Shown here: one piece after another, positions 49,357-61,638 of the stretch
Numbering within the stretch: position 1 is the stretch's first letter
Layout of the letters: each line of letters begins with the position of its first letter
Notes under the pieces: model-generated
What the model was told of the DNA's origin: nothing
The model's input: the letters and a program-made list of their open reading frames with translations, nothing else
The model's database searches: none
Assembly: GCA_964188305.1 (NCBI GenBank)
Contig: OZ076888.1
DNA length: 64,000 nt
From: Podarcis bocagei
Taxonomy: Eukaryota
Strand: one strand, 5' to 3'
Made by a program: the position numbers and the translations under genes

Positions 49357-49358
49357 TA

Positions 49359-49532
49359 CAGTGGTATCTCTACTTACGGACACGATCTGTTCCAGGGTGC
49401 TGTTTGCACCCTGAAAAGTCCATAAGTAGAGCGCTGCTTCTGCGCATGACGCGATAGAGCACTCCTCTAGAGCGCCGCATTCATAACATGAAAAAACGCA
49501 ACATGAAGCAAACACAACTCGAGGTATGACTG
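49359..49532. mobile_element. Older Tigger-like MITE abutting the previous element
   Basis: TA-CAGTGGTATCTC...GAGGTATGACTG-TA; shares the TA at 49357-49358. Confidence 0.6.
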
Positions 49533-49634
49533 TACTTCACATTGCTGTGCTTTCCTCCCCCCTACCTCTACTGTATAAAGAAAAAACTCAACAGGAACAT
49601 ATTTGACATGTTCGACAGTGGAAAGGACCCCTTT

Positions 49635-49782
49635 GGAAGGTTGTGGACTCTTCTTCCTTGGAGGTTTTTAAGCAGAGGTTGGATAGCCATCTGTCATGGG
49701 TGCTTAAGTTGAGATTCCTGCATTGTGGGGGCTTGGACTAGATGACCCTTGTGGTCACTTCCAACTCTACGATTCTACGATA
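49635..49782 (+). mobile_element. CR1 LINE 3' end
   Basis: ccttggaggtttttaagcagaggttggatagccatctgtca...ccaactctacgattctacgat. Confidence 0.8.
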
Positions 49783-51686
49783 TGAAGCTGCCTCATATGG
49801 AGTCAGGCCATGGGCCCATCTAGTTCAGTATTGTCTACACTGACTGGCAGCAGCTCTCCAGGGTTTCAGGCAGGGGGTCTCTCCCATCCTTACCTACAGA
49901 TTTCAGGAGTTGAACCTGCAGCCAACACTGCATGCAACAAAGGTGATCTACCACTAAAGTCAAGAAGACCCGTCTGTATGATGCAGTTATCAATGGCCCC
50001 TCTGACACATGGAGATGTTGTATGCAGGCAGATGCTGTAGAACACAGAGAACAGCACACTGCGGGGCAGAGATGCCACCTACCAAAGCACGAACATTTCC
50101 ATGACTGGACCAATCTGCCGGAGGGCATCCCACCCCTTTAAGTGCAGATCCACTCTCCCCAGCATGAGGGCAGGCCATGTGATAGCTGCACACATGACAA
50201 GCTAATGAGTTATGATCACTAGGAGCGCTGGATGGATGTGGAGTGACAGGCCACCCAGAAGAGCAGCCTAGTGCACACTGATCAGGGGCAGCCTTTAGTC
50301 GGGCCATGGCTGGGTCAACCCAGCAGGGTTCCTCTCCACATGTGCGCGCACACATTCCACATAAAGCCATGGAGAGGAGGAACCATCTTCACCCTCTCGT
50401 TGAACCTGGGGAGTAAGGACTTAATCCCACATGATGACCTGGCCTGGCACTGGAGGACCAAAAGCTGCCAGGTGATGTGTCTGCACCAGGTGTTTTTTTT
50501 CCAGGAAAGCTGTACAATTAACACAGAGACCCTTCAGAAAAGAAGAGAAGGGGGAATGAACAGGTACAAACAGAAGAAGACATGGCCTTCTGAGCACTAT
50601 TGAACCCTGCAAGTACCTGACACATCATAACTACGTAGCGTAAGCAGATCCCAAGACACATGTGCGCACATATGCACACACAGTCCCCAACTCCCCCAGT
50701 CCTCTGAAATGCCAGTATGCTGACACCAGTTCCAGGCAGCCAGCAGCTGGCCACACTCCTGTACTCCCAAGCCCAAGGCCTTGCCACCTAAGCTAGCCCA
50801 ATCATAGTGGCAAACTGGATATGCGGGCACCACAATTCCAGCGACATCTGCCTCAGCTATGTAAATACTTGCAGGCAGAGAGAAATGTGCTGTGTTGCAC
50901 TTTTGGAAGAGGAGCACAAAGCAAGCTCAGCGACTCATGGGATGGGCAGGGCTCCCAACATACCAGGGGGCATGGCCTGATTGCCAACTGATCTCTGGAA
51001 CACAGGCCCAGTTGTCAAGGGGAAGAAAGGAGTTGCTTTGGAAATTAAAATCAGAAAACAGAATTCCAATCAACTCTTTATCATTGCATATGGTGGCATT
51101 GTGCTACTCAGCATACAGTTAAGGGTGTTTTGGTGGGGGGGGGTTAGAGAGGGGATTTTAATTTGCTGACTGCAGCAAAGCCTAGGGGCAGTGCTGCCCA
51201 CCACTATACAAGTTTAAACAGCAGGAAGTCAAAAAATGGATTGGCAGATAAACAATCTAAATAGAGGGCCAGCTGCAGAGAGCCTTAATCCCAACTAGCT
51301 GCAACATGTTAACCAAAATATTTGCTTTTACAGAGCATTTTAGAGAGTTTAAAATGTATCACATATATTGGTTCAGTAATGATGCTTCACAAGGTAAGAT
51401 CAGCCTTATCATACCCATTTTGCAGAGAAGGGACTGAGGCTGAGAGAGTACTGGTTTGTTAAGACCTCTGAGTTTGCTGACAAAGGAAACATTTGCTTGA
51501 AGGACTTCCTAGTTCACAGTTTATACACTTCAATACACCTGCCTTGTAAATAAGCCAACAAAAGTTTGTTTTTCAAGAATATTCCTAGCCTGCATTCCCA
51601 TGCTTGCCATAGATGTGGAGATGTCCTATTCTGCAACCCCACACATGGAAATGTAGGCTTCTCTACCCTCCTAACAAGCTAGCCAC

Positions 51687-51750
<64 letters not shown>

Positions 51751-51752
51751 AA
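51687..51752. repeat. (AAAG)n microsatellite
   Basis: Seen directly. Confidence 0.95.
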
Positions 51753-52006
51753 AGCCTTCTACCAAGTGGACTGGAAGTAGGAGGATGAAAGGATTGACTG
51801 CTCCTCTGGCACCCCTCTGCATTTCCATGCTGATTGCAGAGAAAGGGGTTTCTCTTCTCCTACAACTAGCACAGAAACCAAGTGGGCTGTTGGGAGAAGG
51901 AGCCGCCTCCCCCAGCCCTGTCAATCCCCAATGTGGAACTCCTGCTTGCCTATAGCTATCGGTGAAATAGAACTCTGCCATTGCGCATCCTTGGCCAAGC
52001 CCTAGC

Positions 52007-52186
52007 CAGGCATGTCCAAAGTCCGTTTCAGGGGCCTATCCAGCCCGTCAGTCTGTTTAATCCGGCCCCTGTGGTAGTTTATTTTCTGGGTAAAATCCTA
52101 AAAAAACCTCAACAACTTTGGTCGGCCCTCACTGCCCTTCACTTCATCAAATCTGGCCCTCTTTGAAAAAAGTTTGGACACCACTG
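52007..52186. mobile_element. hAT-like MITE
   Basis: CAGGCATGTCCAAA...TTTGGACACCACTG ends with ggccc repeats; no clear TSD. Confidence 0.55.
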
Positions 52187-55059
52187 CTAGGCATTCATAT
52201 CCTGCAAAACTGAGATCTCTAGATGTGAGCAAACCAACTGGCTACAGTTAGCAATTAACCTTCCACAAGGGCCATATCTAGAGGTTGAAGAGCCCTTGGC
52301 GCTGTACTGGGCTTTTCATGAGATAAATCTGCAGAGGTACATAGACAATGTACTAAGGGGGCCATCTATCCCTACCCTAGCTGGATCTGAGAGTCATTGA
52401 CTGTAACTGTTTTTTCATTTGTTTCTCTGTCTAAAGGTCTACTACCTCACTTTTCACAGTTGTTTCAATGCAACTCACAAAGAAAAAATTAAACATACAA
52501 TGTACAAAAGGCATAGATTAAACATAAGAAAACAAGAACATTAAACATAAGAAAACAAGAACATTAAACCAGCCTCCAGAAATAAAAAAAATTGTTCTGA
52601 CCCAACATCTGAAACTTTGCAGTGTCAGTCCTTGTCTGGTTCCTACTGGATGAAGCTCCATAGAACTGAGCTCACTATGCTGAAGGCACAACCCCTTGTT
52701 AATGTGGGTCATGCTTCTGAACCGTGGGGAACCACTAATAGCTTTCCATGTTGGAAATCTATGCTTAACCTCCACTGGGAGACCAAAAAAAGAAGCCCTC
52801 TTCCGCCACCATTTCTCCCAAACCACTCTCAGCACTCAGAGGCTTCTTTTCCCACAATGCAGCAGTGGAGGGCAGCACTTCAACTCCCATCAGCCATAGC
52901 CTGCACTGTCAACAATCGGGAGGTGATGAGAGTTGTAACCCAACAATGACCACAGCCCCCATTCCCAATGTTTTGGAATAAAATGTGTTACTTTGTGAAT
53001 GGCATCTGAATAAGTCTAGGAAAGCCATCAAGGGAGAGGACAAGCTTGCTGCCTCCACTTTTTAGCATCGGTCTTAAGCTGCGTGCCTGTGTAACAATGC
53101 TGCCCAGCGAACAAGACGCTGCAGGGAGGGGAGGGGAGGTCGGTCAGGGCTGTACCCTCCCTTCCCCCATCTATTTCACTTCAAAGCAAGGAGCGGAGAC
53201 ATCTGCTGAAGCTATCAAGCCTGTCCAGCCTAAAGCTGAGGAACAAAGAACATGATCAGAGAGCAAGCAGACTCTTACCCTTCCACAGTCCCCCTCCTCC
53301 TCTCAACTCTGCCAGCAGAATGTACCCAAGAAAAAGCTGCTCTCCCCCCCCCCACCTTTGCATGCACGGATGCACCCATCACCAAAGATTCCCTAAATCC
53401 CAGCCCTGGCAGTCTGAGCACTAGAGAGGCTTCCTGGCCCTTCTTTCCTATCCATCGTTCACGGGCATCTGGCCTGGAACTGAAAGCTGCAAATGGCAGT
53501 GCTTTGCCCAGACTTTTCCAAGCCCTGCAGGACCAAACTGCCAGCAGCAGAGAGTTTTAAAAGTTTCAGGGCTTTCAGGTTCTTGTTTATAGAGAATGGT
53601 GATTCACAAGCTTGCAAAGGACAGCAAGCTGCCCCTAACAGGAGAGTCCCTACCGCAAACAGGCTCAGGCTGGATCTTAAAAAGCACCATATACACAGAG
53701 GCAAGAATCCGAACACAATGAGTTGTGATGAATGGTTCCTGTTGTCTGTCCTCTTCACAAACACAAAGAGGCCACCTCATTTCTCCAGGAAATGTAATTA
53801 ACACACACACAGTCACCTCTTGGGAGTCCCCAGCTCACTCCCTTGTACCCCCAAAGACAGAAAAAGAGAGAAGAGAATAAGACAATTCATAGAGCTGGAA
53901 GTGAGATGGCTTAGAGCAGCCTTTGTCAACGTGGTGCCCTCCAGATATTGCTGGACTACTGCTGAGCAGGTCAGACCAGGACTGTGGAAACCAAGGTCCA
54001 ACTCCCCATCCAACTACAAAGCTACAATTCTGGACCCGTCTCTCAGCCTAGCCTGCAGGGTTGTTGTGAGGATAAAATTGGAGGACAGACATATATTCAT
54101 TCCTGAATTCCTTGAAGGCAGGATATAAATGCACCTTATTATCACATTCTTGTCCTAGAGAGGATCTTTTATAGTTAATGCTTCTGATATTAGCCCACAG
54201 CACCCACTGTTATTCCACATGCAAACAAAAATCTCCAGGGCTTATCGCAGTCAGCCACCACAGCTACATGCAGAAAGAGGAGCTGACAGAAACATACCTA
54301 CAACAGGGAAAGCCAGAATTGTTTGGTCTGCCCAGCGCAACACACATGCTTCCAGCATAATATGCAACTGTGTGCATGCAAACACATTCAAAGAGCCTTT
54401 TTAGCTGTTGCACATGCTCCTATAGGATGCTTGGGGAGCATGTCCCAGTATCAACACTGGATGGTTTCCTCATTGGCCTCCCCACACCTGTGCTGAAAAT
54501 AGCAACCTACACTCAGCCACCCTACAATTTCCACACACCATGCACACCCGCCTCTGGCACTGAGAGACTAACACTCTGTCCCAGAACCCACAGCCGACCG
54601 CTGAACTCCAGCTCCCATCAGCCCCAGCCACCATGGCCAATGGCAGGGAATGATGGGAGTTGTGGTCCTACTACATCTGGCGAGCCACAGGTTCACTCCC
54701 CCTGCTCTGCACAGTATCATCCAAGGGCTTTGCATAGCCTATCCTGGCTGCTGGGGTCACTCTGGGGTTCCTTTGGGGCATCCACAGCCCTCTCCCTGGG
54801 GGCAGCTGGAGGACTAGCCCAAATACTCAGAGCAAGCACCTGCAAGGGACTCTCAACAGGCATAAACCCCAAGCCAACCCATCCAGGCAGGGGAGGGAGG
54901 GCTCTGGCACACAGCCTGGCCCCCATCAACCCAGGTTCCTGGCGCAGATTCAGAGCACCGGGATGTGGCCAAACTTTCCCCATGAATGAAAGGAGGGAGA
55001 GGGAGAAGCCCACTAGGCCAGACCAACAAGCTCATTGGCTGGCAAGAGGCTGCCCCGTG

Positions 55060-56060
55060 ACGAAGAGGGAGAAAGGGGCACCTTCACGCGCGCCACAAGC
55101 CCAGCAGCGCAGACTCCCGCTTCTCCGTTGCCCTTTGATGGAGAAAGTAACGCGAAGGAACAACATTACGCGCTCAGAAACCGACTCGCCGCCGGGACAA
55201 GAGGCAGCGGCGCCTCTCCTTTCCCACCGCGGGAGACGCAAGTCGACGGATGGCGAGGCGAAAATGTGATTCCAGCAGGCAGATGGAGGGGGAGCGGGGG
55301 GCGCATTAACAGCAACATCGCCGGCCTGCTTCCGACTCCACGCAACAACAAAGATCGCCGCGGCGGGACCACGCAGCCAACTCAGCCCCCTTCAGGAAGG
55401 GAGGTGGATGGGGGAAGCAGAGGAGCGACCCGTCGCTGGAGAAAGGCTCCCAAAGAGGCTCCCAAGCAAGCCCCCTCGGTCGCCAACTGTAACTCAGCGC
55501 CCAAGACTCTTAGCGCACAAGTCGGCTGGTCCTTTTTTTGGCGGAGGGGGGGGAGCTCTCTCCTTCTGATCTTTCTGGGCCCCGAAGCGAATTCCCGCCC
55601 GTCTCCCCCCGCCCACCGGAAAGTGGACCGCGACCTCCCGCTGCCCGCCTTGCCCCGCACCTGGCCTGGCCGCCTCCATGGTGCCGGTCCGCCGCTGGGC
55701 CGCTACGGGGCACAGTTCCCCCGGCCGGCTCGCAGCGCCGCCGCGTCTCGACAAGTTTGAACAGGCTCCTCCCCTCGGCTAACCGGGACTCTCGTGTCTC
55801 GGATCCGCCCCCTACCCTCTTTCTCCGCCCAGCCCCACTTTCCTCCTCCCTTTCCCCCACCCCCACCGACTCGGCCGGGCCTGAAACACACGCGCGAAAC
55901 GGCGAGCGGGCGCACTCCGTAGGCGCGCTTGGAGCGCCTCGCCACCCAGAGGCCCATTTCAGAGTCGCCTGGTGGTGCGCCGCGCGACTGACTTTTTTGC
56001 ATCCGCACATTGCCAACCGCAAGCGATGTAGAGTAGGAGCACGCGCGCACACAACTGCAA
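55060..56060 (-). promoter_or_regulatory. CpG island, probable LZTS2 promoter/first exon (candidate exon ends at 55661)
   Basis: High GC and CpG density with GC boxes, not bounded by transposon ends. It lies upstream of LZTS2 and has a - strand donor ccag|gtgcgg. Confidence 0.65.
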
Positions 56061-56096
56061 CTGCTGTGTAACTTTAGCGCCTGCTGATATGCTCGA

Positions 56097-56440
56097 CTTT
56101 TGAATTATGGTGCTGGAGGAGACTCTTGAGAGTTCCATGGACTGCAAGATGATCAAACCTATCCATTCTTAAGGGAATCAGGCCTGGGTGCTCACTGGAA
56201 GGACAGATCGTGAAGCTGAGGCTCCAATACTTTGGCCACCTCATCAGAAGAGAAGACTCCCTGGAAAAGACCCTGATGTTGGGAAAGATGGAGGGCACAA
56301 GGAGAAGGGGACAACAGAGGACGAGATGGTTGGACAGTGTTCTCGAAGCTACCAACATGAGTCTGACCAAACTGCGGAAGACAGGAGTGCCTGGCGTGCT
56401 CTGGTCCATGGGGTCACGAAGAGTCGGAAACGACTAAACA
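56097..56440 (+). mobile_element. BovB (RTE clade) LINE 3' fragment
   Basis: KLRLQYFGHLIRREDSLEKTLMLGKMEGTRRRGQQRTRWLD and the gtccatggggtcacgaagagtcgga end; TSD ATATGCTCGA/ATGTGCTCGA. Confidence 0.92.
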
Positions 56441-56993
56441 ATGTGCTCGATGCTGTACATGACAATGTACCTCTGAGGCTCTAAACACCCTCCATCCGAC
56501 TGCGAGGCACGGGGCTCTTTGCCCACTCACCAAACACTCTACATCCCCAAGGGGCACCTGTGTGTGATGAGGGGGTCCTCCAGTTAGCATGTGCAGCCCA
56601 GTTTGCCCCAATGTTTTCTGGAAGCACACCTTTACCCAACTGTGTAGGTGCAGGTTCAGTAGCTATGGACAGGCTTCAGCCTTATTCCACCCTGACCTAA
56701 GCTGAGCAACTGTGGTTGCATAACCACCTTTTTCCACTTATCTCTGACTTCCTCTTGTTTATTTTTCAAAGGTGACTGGCTACAAAGGTGAGCAAGACTC
56801 CTGCAACTTCAATAGTTCTGTGGCTTGCAAGATTTTTTGCCCATGCAGCTTGTCATGCAGGACTTGGGGGTGGGGGGACTGCATATATCTGCCAAAAATC
56901 CATCTTCTATTAAAGGAGCAATGAGGCTTGATCTCTTTTGTAAGTTGGTCATTTTCCGGAAGTTGAGAAAGAATCCCTTGGGAAGAGATTGGC

Positions 56994-56995
<2 letters not shown>

Positions 56996-57028
<33 letters not shown>
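56996..57028. repeat. (CA)n microsatellite
   Basis: Seen directly. Confidence 0.95.
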
Positions 57029-57030
<2 letters not shown>

Positions 57031-57585
57031 CGCAATTCAACAATCTCTGTGGAAGTTCCACTATGTGCATGGAGCTCTTCCCCCTAAAGGGCTGCCCCCT
57101 TCATTTCACTGCAGTGGCATTGGAAGTTTCAAAGGATGTAAAGGCATCTCTCCCAGGAAGGGCAACGTAAGCTCATTGGCATCAGCCTTGTATGAAGAAG
57201 GTCCCAGGTTCAATCCCTGGCATCTCCAGGTATGGCTGGGAATGCCCCCCATTTAAAACTCTGGAGAGCTGCTGCCAGTCAGTGCAGACCACACTGAACC
57301 AGATGGGTGATTGGTCTGACTCTGTATAAAGCAAGCTTCCTGTGCTCCTGCAAACTAAGCTCATGTCATCTTGCCTATGCATCCTTTCCCATCCACAACT
57401 GCCGTCAGTTTCTTACCCCTAAGGCTGCCCATTGACCACTTCTAACCATCTCTGGGCTCCCCTCCCACGGCTGCACTGGGTCTCTCCATGCTGTGAAGAT
57501 CTGTCCCTGGGTGAAGGTCCAGGCATGTGTGTACCATTCCTGTCCCCAGCCCATGCCAGCCAGCCAGCAGTGCAGGCCAGGAAGT

Positions 57586-57588
<3 letters not shown>

Positions 57589-57670
<82 letters not shown>
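57589..57670. repeat. Compound (TC)n(AC)n microsatellite
   Basis: Seen directly. Confidence 0.95.
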
Positions 57671-57673
<3 letters not shown>

Positions 57674-57997
57674 TTCCTGATCTTGCTTTGACCAGTGAGG
57701 AAACTCATTGCATTGGCTGCAGCAAGCAAGGACCCAGGAATATGGCCGCATGCAAGACTCTGCCTGCTGCTGTGCTGTCGCTTGCAACAGATCTGCCCAC
57801 TGAGGAGATGGAGCCAAGACAGATGGCAAGCCGAGTACAGGTGCAGGCAGGCCTTTCCCCAGATGGTGATATTCCACCCCCAACCCAGATAGCTGTCCTC
57901 ATCCTCAAGCCTGGCCAAATCCTTTTGAACACATCTCCCATTATTATTTAAGCCAGCCCCCCCCACCTGTGATCCCCAGAAATTGCTCCCTCCTTCA

Positions 57998-58013
57998 GCC
58001 ACTAGAGGGCGCC
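57998..58013 (+). promoter_or_regulatory. CTCF motif
   Basis: GCCACTAGAGGGCGCC, essentially the CTCF core consensus. Confidence 0.65.
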
Positions 58014-58323
58014 ATTGATTTATATAATCTTTCAGGGATATTGCTCCGATGGCTCACTGCCCCCTGCTCCAGTAATGTGCTCATGCAGGATTTTTAACTT
58101 GCATCAAACCTTAGCATTTCAAAACAAATAATAGTTCCTTAAAGTGCCATTCACTTGGGAAGTTCCCAGCTCTAATATTGTACCAGTTTCAACAGATGGC
58201 AGCCCTGGGAATGCAAACCTGCTCCACTTTTGCCTGCCTGGCCCCAGGGCACATGGGGTGACAGGTCTTCCAATGCTCATTTTAGATATTTTATTTGCCA
58301 TCATTCAATAAGCATATGGAGGT

Positions 58324-58413
58324 CATAGCTGTCAACTTTTCCCTTTTCTTGCAAGGAATCCTATTCGGAATAAGAGAATTTCCCTTAAAAAAAGGGAAAT
58401 GTTGACAGCTATG
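58324..58413. mobile_element. 90-bp hAT-type MITE, copy 2
   Basis: Same TIR; exact TSD ATGGAGGT. Confidence 0.85.
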
Positions 58414-58724
58414 ATGGAGGTATATGCAAACTTTTAAATCAGCTTAGGTCTACATCGGTTTATAAAACCACTACTTGTTTGTTGTTTACCCTGCCTTGAA
58501 CCCCCTAAAGGAAAGTTATTCTGCAGGCAGAGGATTGGGCCCCTCTCTGGACCAAGAACAACAAAACTCTCCACTGACTATGGTCTCCCTTACTAATCCG
58601 CTCCTGGTGAGTTAGAATAGTCCAGTTGTATCTGATGTTGCACAAGAGGTTGCTTCTGGCAAAATAATAATAAAAGAAATTGAATATATATGTGTGTAAA
58701 ATAAATGGTTATATATTTATATAT

Positions 58725-58771
<47 letters not shown>
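58725..58771. repeat. (TAGA)n microsatellite
   Basis: Seen directly. Confidence 0.95.
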
Positions 58772-60975
58772 GACAGGCCCAAGGTAAGCTAAGCAGTGTG
58801 ACACCTTCCTGAAGCTGTAAGGGACTGAGCAGATCAGACAAGATTTCACAACAGCAAATTGAGGGGAGATTCTTCACAGTGTATACTGTAAAGCCTAGTT
58901 CAAACTCAGCAGTGGTGTGTGAAGAGGACAGACTGGTGACAGTGCCCTTTCAGTGGCTGTGGTGGTGATGCAGGATGAGGTGAGGTGAGGCAGTGCTGAG
59001 GCTGCAAACACGGACCTCCCATGACCTCGCTGCTGCTTGGCCCACCCCATTCCTGTTCTGGTGAGCCGCTTGCCACTCCGCTCACACCCCATACGGGAGT
59101 AAACCTACGCCCTGACTGTACCACCTCAAGGGAAGAGGACACAACTCCTGCACATGGAAAATGAACATGTCAGAGAGAAGGCTAGGCCAAAACCCTTGTC
59201 TGTGGCATTTAGCTTTTTATGTGCAGGGATTTAATTTTATTTTGTAATTTGTGTGATTCCAGTCTGTCATCTCCCACATGCAGTCTAAAGCCGCGCAGCC
59301 CAGGCACAGGTTTGCGGTCCTTAAAGTCCTGCCTTTGAAGGGCTGTCTGGTCCAAATCCAGTTTAAGGATGAAGAACCATAAAGGAGGGAGAAGGCCTTT
59401 ACATTGCCTGTTGATAGTTAGCGCTGGGACAGCAGACTGAGCGGGCACAAAGGCCTACTCATTGCACTTCACAGAATCCAGTCCAATCCCCAGCAATGGT
59501 CAGGTATCATGTGAGCTGTTGGGTCAGCACAACATCTGGAGGACCCCAGGTTAGCTTATCCTAGGTACTGAACTTCAGCAGATTCTGAATTAACAGCAAT
59601 GGAGGGAATGACAGATAGTGGTGGGAGGAAGGAGTCCTCACAACACAGGGAGAAAAATAAACATGGAGGTGCATAGGCAGAGTGGCAGAGCATAAATGGA
59701 AGTTCAGGAAGGTGCCTTATACCAAGCCAGATAATTGGTCCATCTTGCTAAGTATTATAGACACTGCCTGGCAGTGTATCTGAAGATCCAGGGATGGAAC
59801 CTTTTTGCATGCAACATGTGGACTCTACCACTGAGCCAAAGCCCTTCTCCTATGCAGTACTACTGGTTCAATGCAGTTCAATGCAGTTATCATCGGCCCT
59901 GCTGTCACAATGCGATGCTGCGTGAAAAACAAGCCAGATGCTACACAGAGCTCCATATGCTCCACACTGACTGGCAGGTGCTCTCCAAGGTCTTGGGGTC
60001 TTTTCTAGTCCCACCAGGAGATGCCAGGAACCAAACCTCAAACATCCTTGCATGCTCTATCTTTGAGCAACGGCTTTTTCTCGGAAAAAGGAAAAACTCT
60101 GATTTAGTGGGGACTCTGGTATGCAATCTCAAGGGCTATGGGGTAGGATCACTGGAAGATCAAGAGCCCTTTGGCCTTTGTTTGCTTCTGAGCCTCTACA
60201 CTCCCTTCCAACAATGCTCTTGGCACCACGAGGCATTTGCAGTGAGCCCCCGATGTTGCCACCCCCTCATCTGTTCAAGAATGCCAGGCGGCTTCAGGTC
60301 TGGCTGGCAGAGTAGATATATCTGTGTCCTGCTTGCCGATCAGAGAAGACAGGCCTGCCCACATCTTCCTTGTCAGGAGGCTGCTCCAGGCCTTGGTGTT
60401 TATTTGCTCTTTGGATTTCTACTTCTTCAAACAGATGTGCATCCCCAACCCCCTGGTGTGACTGTGGCAGCCATATGATTCGCCCAGCAGCTGTTCCTGG
60501 AAATTCACTGGAGAATCTTGCTATTTGGTAGATATTGGGGGGGGGGGTGGACGGACACATGGGAGGGGCTTCTCTTAAAGGCCTATGACACCAATAGTGG
60601 AGAAATGTTATTTGGTCGGCAGTGTTGTATTTGGAACAAGGACAGATTCAAATCCCTATTTGCCCACAGGACCTTGGGCAGGTTTCAGCCCAACCCATCT
60701 CATGCCACTGGTTTTGAGCAATGGTTAATTGTAAAGAACTGAAAACATCCCAAATATCAGATGGTTACAACTCTTTAAACCTGGTCTTTTCACATATCAG
60801 CCAAAAAAGTTGGACATAAAAAAAATCAAAGTCTCATCCACTTGTGAACTACAGGAAATGTTTCTGATACATGATTTCCCTGTATCAGGAATTTTTTTAT
60901 GTCTGATTTTTACTGTTTTTTATATTTGCTGTAAGCTGCCCAGAGTGGCTGGGGAAACCCAGCCAGATGGGCAGG

Positions 60976-60976
<1 letters not shown>

Positions 60977-61031
<55 letters not shown>
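60977..61031. repeat. (TAT)n microsatellite
   Basis: Seen directly. Confidence 0.95.
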
Positions 61032-61380
61032 TTCATCTTCTTATAACAGCCTAGCAAGGTAGGTAGTTTTTAGCACATGCCATTAACATTTACAGTACAT
61101 CTGCTCTCCATCTGTACAAAGTTTAAAGTGATTTCAAGGAGACTGTTCTACAACAGGCCAGAAAGCAACCACCTTAGGACACCCACAGGTGGTTTCTTAT
61201 TTGTCTGTTGGGAACTATGGCACTAAGATATGGCCCGAGTGCATTCAGAGATATGGCTCGTTTTCTGATGATGTCTCTCTGAAATGTTTCAAGTGCTCCT
61301 ACTACATTATGTAGCTTTTGCTCCCAGATGGCCCAATCCTGTGTAAGTGTCCTCAGAAGTAAGTCCCACTTGGTTCAGTG

Positions 61381-61526
61381 CAGTGGCGTAGCGTGGGGGG
61401 TGCAGGGGGGCCGGCCGCACCGGGCGCAACATCTGGGGGTTAGGGTTAGGGGGCGCAAATCCACGGGTTAGGGGGCGCAAATTACTTGCCTTGCCCCGGG
61501 TGCTGACAACCCACGCTACGCCACTG
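61381..61526. mobile_element. hAT-type MITE containing TTAGGG units, copy 2, nested in an older palindromic repeat
   Basis: Same TIR; 8-bp TSD GTTCAGTG; differs from copy 1 by one indel and one substitution. Confidence 0.9.
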
Positions 61527-61622
61527 GTTCAGTGGGACTTACTGCCTAGCTAGTATGCTTAGGATGCAATCATAAGAGTTACACAACTCAAGGGAAAGCG
61601 AGCAATAGACTGCCCTTGATCT

Positions 61623-61638
61623 GACACTAGAGGGCAGC
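61623..61638 (+). promoter_or_regulatory. CTCF-like motif
   Basis: GACACTAGAGGGCAGC. Confidence 0.5.

Noticed and set aside
54370-56071. ORFs of 177-299 aa across the CpG island
   Set aside because: Explained by stop-codon depletion in GC-rich DNA; one runs through a repeat; no recognisable protein.
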